Assembly (NCBI RefSeq): GCF_964204645.1
Contig: NC_134025.1
Span: 27,694,299-27,758,298, forward strand
Reading direction: 5' to 3'
Source of the DNA: Tubulanus polymorphus
Taxonomy: Eukaryota; Animalia; Nemertea
DNA length: 64,000 bases
Positions 50,368 through 64,000 of this stretch are shown piece by piece (the first letter of the stretch is position 1; every line of letters begins with the position of its first letter). A program made the translations under genes and the position numbers. The notes beneath the pieces were generated by a model that ran no database searches, was not told where the DNA came from, and saw nothing but the letters and a program-made list of their open reading frames with translations.

Positions 50368-50960
50368 CGCGGAATGAAACACTAAAAAGTCAACAGGTAA
50401 AACGTACAACCACTTTGAGATAAGGTAGTTGTAAACTGGCGAGACTGGCGGGCTTGTATTCCTCCAGGAACACGAATTACCCTGTAACGTTCTCACGGAT
50501 CGACAGAAAACTAACTTCTTCTACATAAAGAGTTATCTTCAAACTGTTGAAGAACATAAGTAAACCCCGGTGATATACGCTTGGTAGTTACAGTTATATT
50601 ACCTTTTCTAACCGATTTCTACAATCACTCGTTAAAAAATTGGGACAGTTCAGTCCACCTGTACAAAAGAAAACATTCACTAGAATCTCAGTAAATTGCA
50701 GATTTTCTGAACCGAAATATATTCCTCTTGACAAAGAATTTGAAAAGTTCCCAGTAATTTAATTTTCGTAACGAAAAGTCAGATTTTGTAGACAATGTTT
50801 TTTTCATTGCAAACTTTTTTTCCAAAAATAAAATCCGTATGATTATTGTAATCCGAATAAGCGAAGATCTTTAAAATAGTTGAATCGTGTTTTCTCCTGA
50901 CAACCGATGTAGTGATCCCGTGAGCAATAACTAACCACACTGAACTCACAAGAAGATTTT

Positions 50961-51080
50961 CACTTCCTGCCGTGTGACGTCACATGATGATGACTTTATT
51001 ATTTGCCTTCGTGAGTTTCCGGAATTTCTCGGGCTTTACGAGGTCAGCTTCTTGGCGTGTTCTTAGTTGCTTTGGAATGT
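50961..51080. promoter_or_regulatory. Transcription-factor motif cluster upstream of the FAM181-like CDS
   Basis: ETS-like CACTTCCT (50961-50968), palindromic CRE TGTGACGTCACA (50973-50984) overlapping E-box TCACATGA, and MCAT/TEAD TGGAATGT (51073-51080). Confidence 0.4.
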
Positions 51081-54000
51081 TAGTCTCTTATTAATGTTTA
51101 TTCTAATGCAGACGTGGAGCTTGGCGGGAATACAAAACGAAGAACGCGAGCGAATGCAAACAAAATCGCTTACCTTTCGCATATCTGACATTTCACGCGT
51201 TCATGGAATAAAGTTGTACCTGTTTCGCCCTGTTATTTAAAACAAAGGGCACGCCTTTTACGTGAGAAAAATCGGCGATATAGGAAACTAATAAATCAAG
51301 TCCACGATCTTTTATCCAGTAAAACAGCTTGCCGACAGGTCTAAGCCCTAACTGTCAGCATCAGCAATGATTCACGAAGCGCAAATGGTTCGAGCTATTC
51401 TCAGGTGGTTCTAAAAACTTGGGGGGCCCGGCCAACTGTGCGTGAACGTTCAAAATCGCTAAACTTGAAAGAAATAATCGATGTTTCAGTAAATATCTGT
51501 GAATTCCGACGTTTAGAGAAAAATGCACCGGAATTCTAACATGACCTATAGGTTGCATATTTGTTCACACGTGAACTCCTATCGAAACATTTTCATGAGT
51601 TTTATTTCAAATTCTCGAACACTTTTATTTTATCGTCTAATTCAAGAATTTTATGATCCGTTACTATGCGGTCATCAAAATGGTTCAAAAGCCAAAGTAA
51701 ATCAACAATGCAAGTACGCACAACCTTTATCATATCGTACCTGAAAAACATGAAATCCAAAACATGAAATCATTTGTTGCATAGTTTTGGAGTTTATAGA
51801 CAACTTTATCGTAAATTTTGCGAATATTTCCGATGGTCGCAAAATAATAATGAATGAAAATTATGTCTCCAGGGCACTACTCAGCTATACGTGTATATGA
51901 AACAAAGAGAAAGGTCGTGTTTTTAGTTATTTCTATATTTACTCATAAGTTATTTATTAATAGGTAAGGCGTGTTTACATGAAATGGTACCGGGCTAAAG
52001 AACCTAACGGCCGTAAAGTTTTCTTTGGGTAAACAAAGCTTAACACTAACGAATAATCCAGCGGTTAAAAAACGTTGAATTGTATTTGTTTATGAGGAGC
52101 ATTTGCCAAACGCGTTATATTATGACAGAGCACGAACGTAAAACTGATTTCTGTTGAACATTTCTGAAACTTTGCCGCAAAAGTCTTCGCATATTTTCTT
52201 GTGTTCTCTTGCTGCGATTTTCTTAAGAAACAATAGCGAAAAGTGCATCGGGGTTAATGCAATAAGTAGAGCCTTCTTGGTTTTTATTCACTGAACGCGT
52301 TATCCCCCAACTTCACTCTCTCTCTCTCCATAATGTTCTTTATTTTGCAGATACGAAGTTCTTATTCTCATCTGAAGTTTCTAGAATTTAAGAAAAACTA
52401 TTCAATGTGTAAAAAGGCAGCTACGCTTATGTATTAGATAAAAATATGTACAAATTATGCATTTCTGATACTATACATAGATTTCCTTAAAGAAGCCTGG
52501 ACCGCTGATCGAGCAGCGTATCGATGTCTCCTCGTTGATATTATTTGGCTTATTAATGATGCACTGCCGGAGAATAAACGCCGATTTTTGGTATGCGGAA
52601 AATCTCATTGGTTTGGGAGAATATCAGGTATTATTGAATTAAAACACGACAAGAATTCTATGGTAGATACGTTACGGTGTTGTTAATTAACGAGGACACT
52701 TCTGCAGAAATGTTAGACATGTCGATGGAATTTAGACGGCGTTCAGACGAGAGAGATGTCAGTAAAACCCTGTATTCCGATTAAAGAGCTCTGCAGGATC
52801 GGTTTGTCAGATTTCATAATGCTTCTATACGACTTATGAATATCAGGATTGGTCGATGCCCGATTTGTTATTGGCGTGAGTCATCGTTTTAATGGTAAAT
52901 GATATGATATGAATATGTTTTGAGATTTTCACGGCATCTGTTTCAACCATACTTTATATTTTATCGACGTTATTATCTTCTGTAATTATAGAAAGACGTA
53001 GGTTATTACGTTACCGGCTCATATCTCCGGCATACCGAGGGCATATTTGTTATGTTGATATAGGCCCAAAAATCCGCGCGAAATGTCAAGCTGTAGCATA
53101 CCGCGAAATTTTCTGATAAACCGACAAAATAAAATAAGATAAAACATTACGATAGTGATGATAAATGATTACTACTATATCAATGACGTCTATGAGATAT
53201 TGCCGAAAACATTTGATCTATCTGTATACGAGACTGTCCTACTACAATCCAGATTTTGTGAGCGTTCAACTTCAGAAGTTCAACCCGAGATTCTTCGATT
53301 GGCATTGTGAAAATAAATGAAATAGTGCCGACATATATACTCATTAACCTTTGATAAATAAACTAGTTGAAACCTGACCTTTCTGGAATCTACATTACTA
53401 CGTATTTAACAACGTAGGCCTACTTAATTACAATTATAAGAATTATCATTGTTGGAATATCTAGCATTTCATTGAAAAGACAAAATCTAAGGGTATGAAA
53501 TCTATTAAAATACTACATTCGCTTTGAAAGTATGAAATCATTTCTGTTGATTTAACTTATTTTTCAGCGGGATGGTTTATTGAGTCACGCCGGGAAGATG
53601 GCCGCAGTAGTGTCGAAAACGTGAATTTCAACGTAATTTTGAAACGTGCCCTTCACGCCAGTTACCGTGTTTGCAAACGCCGATTTGATGCCAGGTTGAT
53701 CTGCTGGCAAATTTTTCCTCATTTTACACGACTGAAGTTAGTTGCATCGGATTGTAAAGCACTTGTTTACTTGTGTATCACGCCGGGTTTCAACTAATCG
53801 CCCGGCTTGCTCTAGAACCCAATCCAATCGCGGTTTTGCCTGAAATTAGGTACGATCGTTAAAATACGGTTTCAATTGGTTATTAACGAAACTTCAAAGC
53901 CAAGTTGTTGAGGTGAATCTTTGAAATGCCAAGGTAAAACCCGCGAGTTAATCTTTGTACTCGTTAAATCATATATAACTAATATAAATTGACGTCTGAA

Positions 54001-55120
54001 ACAGACAAATATTTAACTGCAAACAATCTGTGCGGTTTCGGTATAAAACATTATACGTCTGAATTTTTGTCTATGACGTAGTTCGGCGGTAATTTCTTGT
54101 GGCAAGTAATTGCTACGTTATTCCGCATCCACGTAAATACCGCTTTTTGTATACACCGGTACATATATACTAATTTACAACAGGACATACCTCCTCCTCA
54201 ACAAAGAGATTCAGATGGATAGATTTGAAAGAAGAAACGAAACGTAAAACAGTAAATATTATTCGATCCGTGAATCGAATTCTTCCTGTTATCGGTGTGT
54301 GTATAACTATAAATTGGGTATTGGAATCAAGGTGTTCAAATAGAAAACCTTCCACTGGGAGGGTCCGATATTCATTTCAGTTATAGCTCTCGCACCTGAG
54401 CGAGCATTTAAAAATCGCAATATTGCGCGGTTAAGCAAACATTGGCGTTATATATTTTGCAGCGATCGCGTTTCCGAGAGTTATAAAATTTCACAGAATA
54501 AAGTAACCAGGTATCTTAAACACGCGAAACTTGTATCGGCACCTGTGCGACAAATGGTGTTACTTAAATATAGTTCACGTTAAGATAACAAACCCACGGT
54601 CGCGAATCTACAGGGATACCCCATCGGCAAAATAAAGATTTTGTTTTAAGTGCTAAGAGGCATGCGCCGAGCATATGCATTATGAAAATGATACGCAACT
54701 TCGAAGAAAAGCGGATCCAAAAGTCTTAAAAATCATCCAGTAAAGTGTTGCATAAAGATCAATTTCCATCAACAACGTATGAATTCAGTAATCAAAATAT
54801 CATTTCCAAAACAACAACAAAAAATCGATCGAAAATGTGTTTTTTGCGTAAACTGAAAATAAGACTATGAAGGAAACGACGGGAAATTATGATCCACATC
54901 GCGGTCGTCACAATCTTTTCTGATAGATGGCGTCTGAGTCGATGAAGTGTTTTTTTTAGGCGGCCATAAAAAAGAATTTGCTGAAATACTTCGGTGCGGT
55001 ATATGATACAAAATACTTAAATTTGAAAGCATATCCGTTTTTATTTGTGGCACTGATTACTGAAAATTGCGCGAAAAAAATCAATTCATGGGGGCAGTAG
55101 AAAATGCTCCCCCCGCATAG

Positions 55121-55219
55121 AGCATTGTGTATCCCCTGTATCACCGGATACAACACTGTGTATCCCCTGTATCCCCGGATATAGCACTGTGCATCCCCGG
55201 ATACAGCACTGTGCATCCC
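55121..55219. repeat. Minisatellite with units of 31, 31 and 22 bp plus a partial unit, each full unit with an internal hairpin
   Basis: agcactgtgtatcccctgtatccccggatac-type units in direct tandem; core atccccggat. Confidence 0.9.
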
Positions 55220-58200
55220 ACTGGTCAGTTAATCATCGTCTTGAAATCGACGGAGAGATGACGCATAGATGATGGGTCGAATAACTTTAATTTTACTATC
55301 ACACGAGCGATTAACAATTCGAGATTGAGATTCATCGTATTTCTGTACAAAGAGGACTGGGATGTTGGTAACAGTGGCAGTGTTTTTTTTGTAGCCCGTG
55401 TTCTCGATTCCGAAGCACAATACTCCTCGTTTCGCTAATCACTTTTTGTCAGATGATATTTTCCAAGTCATTTTGCACATGTTGACAAACCGAACGTTCA
55501 GTATTTACTGACAAGCTGTGTTCTGTGAAGAAACTCCGATCCACTGACCCTTAATGGCCTTACCTGGGGGACCGTTGGCATGGTTACCCAATGAAAATTG
55601 GATTAGGTTTTGTGTGAAGGTTCTGTTTGTTATCAGGATTACTCATTCCAATTTCTAATTTTCATCGCCGATAAGTTCCTTTAATTCTTTAATTCAGTTA
55701 ATTCTGACTATTTAGATATTTGCCTTTCTTGGTACATCTATCAGTCTCTGAGTAATTTTAACAGCTGTTAATTTACATGTAAAATGCCAAGTTTCTCATT
55801 TATGCGATATTCGAAATACCCGAAACCACTTTCGGGAATTCGGGAATCGTCTTTTGTCCCTTTTTGATTTTGATGGAAGCTCGATAATCCTGTCAAGAGA
55901 ATAAAACTGGTGTGGCCCTAAATAACAGAAATCCTGTGTCTATTCATTCATCGTAGGTTCTTGTGATGGATCAAAATCAATTATGACTCTTAATCATTTG
56001 TACCTTGCTAAGATAATAGAATCAGAATTACACCAATCTGGCTAGGCAGGTGTACAGATTAGCTCGTAATTGTTTTACCAGCAAAAAATCAAATTGGAGA
56101 GTTTGGAATTGAATTAGTTTGTTATCCTGCCAGATACGGTTAGAGCTAGAATTAATCTCTGTGTCGATGGAAGAGACTCACGCTGATGTTACAGTGCAAT
56201 AGACCTGTTGTCAGGAGGCAATTGCTCCGATGCAGGACTGAAAATGGACAGATATCCATACATGGACTGTAAGCTCTTCCTCCATAAATGTTGTGTCCGA
56301 TAACGAAGTGCAGCTGGCTGTGTCTAAACTTTCAAACATCAGTGGTAAGCACTTTTGATAGCATTTCTATCTGTTGTGTAATAATGTCTTCGAAACTTTT
56401 AAAAGATGATATTCAAAATAACGCATTGATTTCACTCGTTCATTTTGCTTCTTTTGTAATTGCGAAAAGGTTTGAACTGATGACTGAAGAATCTATAGCA
56501 AAATTGCAAATGAACGAGGGTGATGCCTATTCTGAATTTGTTTTCTTATGTAAGATGCAAAAATCTAGACAAACCAAGCTTCTTTGAGCAACGTGGAAAT
56601 GCGATATTTTATGTGCTCGGTAAGGAAACAAATATGGTGTTATATTGAAGTTGACAGTTAATCCATACTTAGCAATATAAACATAGTGAAGATAAGACAA
56701 TAATCAATGCATAAGTATTGTCATATTCTGCTCTTAACTGGACATTAGTAAAACTTATATACCCCTGCAACTGAACTGTCATTCTGCAATCAGCTACACT
56801 TTATAAGATATGTTTGCATAAGGCAATTTATTGATAGAGTAAACCTCTTCTGACAAGAAGCTGTTTTATTTTCCTGTATTACTGTGGCTAGTTTCCCAGT
56901 GTCAGTTCGTGGCTTGTTGCATATAGTAATCCACCGATTCTATAACACATTCAAGAATCTCATAATCACTGTCGCTTTTAGTTTTCAACCTTTTGACAAC
57001 TAAGTCTATGACTTCCTCTTATAAAATGATTCATTTACAAGTTATATTTGAAGATTTGCCGATGAAACATCCCAGCATATTTGCTGAAATCACAGCATTG
57101 TTTGTTTCATAATTGATCTATAGACTTGAGTCTGTCGGAAAAAAACTATTCTATGAGCTATGCCAATCATACGGATAAGCTGTAAGGAGATGACACTATC
57201 TTCTTTAGTGGTTTTACATCTGTAATTTATTGCGGTAATCATTTCATTTGGTTTCACAATAAACCATTGCCGTATCTTCCTCGATCTCGCTCGTCTTTAT
57301 CTTGTATAAGTAAAGTGGACAAGCTTCGGTACTGGTTATGTACAGATTCTTTTATCCGAGCAACTTTGTTAATATAATCTTTTCTAAGCAATTGTTGAAG
57401 AGCCCAGAGTAATAGCCGTGTGCTTTCTGTAGTGGTCAGTGCTCTCTGAGGAATTTAGTCATTAATATTATCCATCCGAAATAGCTGTAGGGAGCCCTGT
57501 AGGCATGGCCGCTTATCACGCTCTTGTCCATTATTCCCGTTATCATGAACTATCAGTAATCTCATTTTGGACAGTAGAAGATGGTATATCTCTTGTATCA
57601 ACGACCTGAATCTGTATTAAAGCATCATTAGGCTAATGTCCTGCTTCATCACTTGCTTGAGATAATCTGAAAATGTTTCCTTTCATTTCCTCAATCACTT
57701 TTGTTTTAAGCTTATCCGCTGATAATTTCAAGGTAACGTCATCGTTTATGTCTTTTCGAACTATCAACATGTCCGATGTGACAGGCTTTAATTAACATCG
57801 ATACAACGACGCTGCGCTCTCGTGATGGATGTCACTCGGTCCAAGTTAGTCGCAAATTGAAGCAGGTTATCATTTTGCAACTGTGATCGTACCCTAAACT
57901 TCATTTTGGTGGTCATTTAAAGTTAAAGATTTGATAATAACAATTTGTCCCACGGCATTCGGCATTCATGGTAACTTTTTCCTACCGCATTGGGCCCGTG
58001 TGTATTTAACCTGCTCTTCAGTTTATAATACCCTCGGCTCTGATGTATTATCTTCTCATGTATATTCTATTTGTCTAATAGAAATTGCATATTGTTACGG
58101 AGCTGTGGGGAAGTTGTGGCCATTCTGCGTAAATTGGTGATTATCAGGAGACCGCTCATATGCATATTCACACTTACTCATGTTCAACAGTTGTTAACCG

Positions 58201-61200
58201 TTTTTTGAAATGTGCTTAATTTGCTTCGATTCAGGTAAGAACAGATTCAGTTTAATGCAGGTTTAATTGATGGCGTGAGTCAGGAATTCATCGTTCGTTT
58301 AGTCACCAGCAGCAGAACTGTGTGCTGCGACACGGGGAAATGCGGACTTCAGCCTTTTCACGATGTGCTCGTGAATAAACCATCTAGTATCAAGACTTTT
58401 TGTGAGTTTGGACAAACTAAAGCCAGTTCTGATACTCACTCACATTTTTATATACTATTAAATTGTAAATTGACTCGGGAAATCTCTTTATAGTTGTCCT
58501 GGATTTATTCCGATCACAACCTGTGAGAAAATAACCGAAAGATAAATGCAACATCAAAACCAATTAACGAAATTCCTTTAAAGGCAGTTTCAGAACATTT
58601 CCCTTAATTCAATTTCCATCACTGATTGTCATTAGACCATCGGACAATTTAGAGTACAGTCGGAAAGATCTTCGTATCATTAAGTGAAAATGAACTGATC
58701 ATTGGTCAGTGTATTTGAATGGTAATAATGGGATTTTTGTGCTTTTTATGACCAATACAGACATTTTAATTCGATTCTGTCATTGGGATTTTATGCGATT
58801 CTATTTTCTAGCTGGCATCCAGCTGATTGTCTACCTCACATTAGTGACAGGTTTATGCGCAGTCCAATTCACTATCTGACTGTGATGAACATAAAATGAT
58901 TTGGATTTAATTACGACCAGACCTGATGGACCTGTCCCAAATACACTAAATCAAAGCCCATCAAATACAAATTTGTTGCCGAGCAAAATCATTAAACATC
59001 CTTATAACTCGAATCAGGGCAAATAAATAAAACGACAGTAGGTCTAACGGGGATGTCTTATTGGAAGACGATTTGAATGACTGAATGCTGTTTGGCTGAG
59101 GACACAAAATACAGGATCATCTACAATTTATCTTTCATATATTTCAGATGGAAGTAAGATGACCAGTCTGCTTCTTAAGGATTCGATATGTCAAGCATGT
59201 TATCAATTTGTCGACATTTCACTTATTTTTTGTTTCATACATGAATTGGTCAGTTTGGGTCAAGCGTTAGATGTGACATATGATGTTGATCGATGACTGC
59301 ACTATTTGACAGAGGATAACACTGTATGACCGTTGCTTTATCTTTCTGTAACACCAAACATTCGACCTGGATTAATATCTAGTATCATAAAGATAAATGT
59401 AGATTGCTCCGGTAATGTTACTTCTATTAGTATACAATCCATCTTTACGCATATTAGCTAGGATTATTTTTTTTCGTATCAAACGCTTTGCTTTAAGTTG
59501 GCTACTTGGAGTTGGCCGCTAATTTTGCTGCGCTTGCTACGAAAAGGGTTCTTTACTATGTATCATATACTAAGATGTAGCCTGAAACCTAAAGAAACTT
59601 CGAAAGCAGTAGAAAGCAATCTTCACCGGCAATAGAAACTGTTAATCAGTTATTCGGGTTGTAGACAGAAAAATCTCTCAAAGTGTCTATTTACTCTGTA
59701 GCCGACTAGGAGTAAATTCTGTGTGTTTTGTCTCACTCCAGTCTATTAACTAGATTTGCGTACAGCCAACAAATTTGTTAATTAGTTACACCTTTAATTA
59801 ATTTTTACAGGGGATTATCGTATTTTGCCGAGCGTGGCACCTGCTGATTTAATCAGTGACCTGCATAGAGAATCTTGAAATTGATCCTGTCCACTTTGAC
59901 AATCGGAGAAATTGAGTGACCAGCATAGAAAATGAAGTGACCGTTAGCATGAAGGTGGTCAAGCGTCAAATTTGATCAGGAATGAATGTTTATGATGGGT
60001 GGATGACAGCAAGGCCGGTTTCCTCCCATCTCAGTTGATAGTATTCTGATGATTCATTCACTCGATAGGATCACATCAAATTTGATGTCTTGATATTGCA
60101 TCCCAGCCATGGGCTCTCAGAGTCGAATTTAAGAAATAACACTGGAAAACACAACATTCAGAGGATGAATAGATATGGCCTGATTTAGGAAAATCTTATG
60201 TTTGAGATGTTTGATAGGTAGATCTACCAATATTTCCAAAGACATACTATCCACGTTTAATGCATAAACCTCTTTCATCTTTTATCCAGTCCCAGGACAG
60301 AGTTGAATTCCATCATGTATAATTATACTGCACCTTAGTGTACTGAATCTCAAAATACCAACTGGAGTCACCTTTAATTGAGTAATATATCATATCTGCT
60401 CTCATTGCATTAAGTTTCTCTTTAAAGTTTAATTGAATTGAACCGAAAACTTTCAACATAAATTCAATTTGTAAACAGTAAGTTCATTCAGTGGTCATCT
60501 CCTCTCTGAAGAATTTGAAAATTGAATTAAACGAAAGCAATTAAGGCCGGGAATCAAGGGGATAAGACGTGCCTCATTAAGATCTTCGTCATCTTCGTCA
60601 TCATTTGATATTTCTCCCAAAATAATCTGAATGAAATTTGCGATTGCCCAGGATATTGTGAAGGCTGACCTTAAAATGATTTTGTTATACAGTGATCGAC
60701 TTACTTCACTGAGCTCTTAGACAGGGAAGAGTCTGTAATAGAATTATGTAAATTAGCTACGACTTCGCCAAACAACTCATGTGATTAACCCTTACCAAAC
60801 TAAAATATTCTTTGGACTTCGCTTCGAGAAATGGCATGACTCCTTAAAAGCAATCGCAGGCGGTACCTTACAGTATTGGAATATAGTTTTCTGACCTGTA
60901 AATTAATCTATAAAATATTTCTAGATAGCTGAAAAATAATTTCCATCAATTTTAGAGCCAATGTTGCTAATATAGACTTAGAAAAATTTGATAGAATGAA
61001 GACAAAATTATGCTTATTTCAAGTAATCGTTCTATCAGTAAACTTGGTGGGTTTGTAAGGGACACCAAATCAAAACAAATCATAAGAAATCTGCCGATCA
61101 AACAAATAACAAGTCGATCCCTATTTTAAGATCAAGATGAAAAAAAAGCGCTCAACAAAGGAACGCAAGTGTATATGCATTATATGTAAAATGACTCTAA

Positions 61201-64000
61201 AACACATTTTGACCGTGTCAGAAATTATTTCACCCCACCCGGTATTACGTCAAGAGAAGCTGGTCAGATGATGTCATTTTATGCATTTGGTATCGCAAGT
61301 TAGGTCAAATCAGGTTTCATTTTTTTTCATTTCATTTCACTCAGTTCCCAATTTAGATTTTTCCAGACCGATCATAGCTGGAATCGTATCTGTATCCTTA
61401 TTATCGATTCAATCATCGCCAATCTGTTTGATTACACGTTCCCCCTATGATGTATAGATGATGCTTATTGAATTGCTTTACACATTAAATATTGGCCTCA
61501 TGTGATCATTTGACCCATCTTGATTATTCGAGACACTTGTAAGCGCTGAAAGATTACATGATTTTCACAGCCAGGCTTTGATGGCTAGTTACCAATGCAT
61601 CCGGATAAGTACCATGTATATGTGCCGCTGATTTCCAACTGGATTTTGGTGTTAAAGCGTGATTTATTTGCAATGTTGTCATACGTAGAATGCTGGCAAT
61701 CATACTGAAGATGGTAAAGTGGGTTTTCTATGAGTGCTGAAAAGGCTAGGTCTTTATACTGCAGGATGAGTCTGCCAGTTGTGTGGATAATAGCTTGACA
61801 GCTTTTTGTCTCTCTCTCTTCAATTGATATAACTGGCCGACGATGGGTACACCACCAGTGTTACTGTACTAAGGTTAGAATATTTTTTCTGTTTTTCTGT
61901 CTACATCATTTACCTTCTGTATGTATGCCTTCTGTTTGAGGTTTCATGTAATATTCCTCGGGAGCAATGACCAGTTTTTACCCAAATCAAGTTATGATAT
62001 ATGATCCCCTCACATTGTGAATGATTTTCATTTTGATACCTACCTTAGGTTTTCTGAATGGCCTCTGAATGTGTGACAGCGTGTATAAACAGAATTTTTG
62101 TGTTTAATCAAGAAATAATTTCGTCTCTCAAGTGCAATTCATATCAGATTCAAATATCAAATGAACAATCGCATTTTACTAAGTTGCCATACACTTCAAC
62201 ACCTGCAAAGTCTTAACCTATATTGCTCTTTTTCTAAAAGTCGCGAACAATATCAACGTTGGGCAAAAAATGAAATACCGATACTATCTTGTACGAGAGG
62301 GTAGTCACTTTTTGGTCTGACGGTGATTAGACATTTTATTCGGACAACAGGTTTTACTTGGCTCGCGATGGAATGATAAAAGAACGTGCTTATCATAACT
62401 AGTTCAATTTTGTAGTAAGTTTGAATAATTCCTTTCTCCGTTTTCACGTCAAGCAGTCAGTTTAGTTTTCTGTGCTGCAGAAGTATATTGTTGCAGTACC
62501 AGTCACAGATGAGCTTGCTGCAGAATTGTCTTGTCTGTTTAAGTGCCTTGAGTACAAGCCATGAGTAAAGTCATCAAGTTGTGTGTTCGAAAACACAATC
62601 AAGGTCCATTAGGACGCAATCTTGATTGTATTAGCCTGTAGTTTCGTCGTACAGGCCATGTTTTAAAAGCAATAGCCGTCCGGGGAATCTTCAGTCAACT
62701 GTTTCAGGTATCAGTGTACAGTTCGGTTCCAAATGACTTTAATCACCAGTTTAAAGATAAATTCATTCCATCCCGTCGTCGGTCCAATAACAAGAAGATA
62801 TTCATTTCTCAAGGGATTTCGAATTTTCTCTAGACTGGCTGGTTTTAGTTGATTTTGAGTTTTATCGCAGTTTCATTTCGTATAAATCTTTATGTCTTTT
62901 TTCTTCCTAAGATTTTTTGAAATGTTATAAATTTTAGTATAGCAACATACGGTATCTTTGGACCTTCGTATGAGTGAAAATGTATTGAGACTCAAATCTC
63001 GTATATGTTCAGCATTGGTTTCGGACAAGCGATGTAACTTGGGTACTGCCATCTGTGGTATGTTCACAAAACTAATCTATTGAGTCTGCGGGTTATTACA
63101 ATATTATTGGTCCCATGATGCTGCTAGCTGTTGTCACGTTAATGCAATACTTCACACCTCAGACGGACAGCTGAAAAACTCAATTACGACTCGGTACTTT
63201 CATTGTTATATAAATCACACAAAATCGGTTAAGTCTGTGGACAGCCTTAACTTCAGCGCTTCATTTCTATTGTATGTCGTCTTCGCCTGTCTTAGACCTG
63301 GGATTGCAGGTTTGTCGAGACAAACAACTAAATGACTAATTTCAAAACATTCCTGAAATATCTAATTCGAAAGGAATTAAATAATTACCACAAATCAATT
63401 TCTTTTTCAAAGGGAATAAATGGAAACGCTGAAAAATTATGGATTTGTCTGAAAAAGTAGTTTATTTTGAAGAAAATATACGTGATTCGGAATAATTACA
63501 AAGATTCAAGTGGTTTTATTTTTAACGGGTCTCTGGTAACTGTGGTCATCAACGGTTCTGATTTATTGAAAAAGCCACAAAATGAACGGCTGTTTTCACA
63601 AAATATTCCTCCCTCCGCAGTTTCTCTACCCTATAATTGATTTGACTGACGACCCTTTAATTAGGAGTTATCAGTCGGTTTCTTACGACGCTGACCAACG
63701 ATATTCAAATGAATCATGTAACTACACCACCACTGGACATTAGTGGACAAAAATCCACCTTATAATCTGATCTACGACCTGTTATTATCGTGTTCGACCA
63801 TTTTTCATTAGAAATATTGCTGTAGAATTGTTTGAAATTGTAGTCGCGATGTACGTTATAGCGATTAAGTCTGATTGATGGCGTATAAGGGCTGGTTATT
63901 GGCTACCTTGATTAACACGGACGGACGGAACAGGTACGTACATATCAATATGCTACCAGTGTCCATCACCGGATGTTCACAAAGCGCTAAAATACCTCGA

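Noticed and set aside
55121-55219. CRISPR-like appearance of the repeats
   Set aside because: Units are directly adjacent with no unique spacers, there are no cas genes, and the context is eukaryotic.
58225-59160. Possible recursive splice site (ttcag|gtaag at about 58234) and 6-nt microexon (ttcag|ATGGAA|gtaag at 59148-59153)
   Set aside because: No host gene is identifiable in the window and such motifs arise by chance; RNA-seq would be needed.

Overview
Eukaryotic, intron-containing, AT-rich animal DNA with mostly very short introns. It is probably from a compact-genome invertebrate; a spiralian/lophotrochozoan origin is an inference from the gene content. Housekeeping genes: GFM2 (+, 7 coding exons), MRPL14 (+), a KIF16B-like kinesin-3 (-) head-to-head with ACTR10 (+, with a U12 minor intron). 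Less conserved genes: a disordered protein with interlocked AMPK-family phospho-consensus repeats, a tandem pair of secreted 10-Cys stanniocalcin-like genes, a SOCS-box protein and a FAM181-like TEAD omega-loop protein. One large GFM2 intron holds a nested antisense intronless TALE homeobox gene, a decayed inverted copy of it, and an orphan class A GPCR. Several MITEs, palindromes and locally duplicated fragments of the GFM2 5' region are visible. The last ~13 kb has no convincing ORF. No tRNA, rRNA or CRISPR array could be supported. All alignments and coordinates were done by eye.
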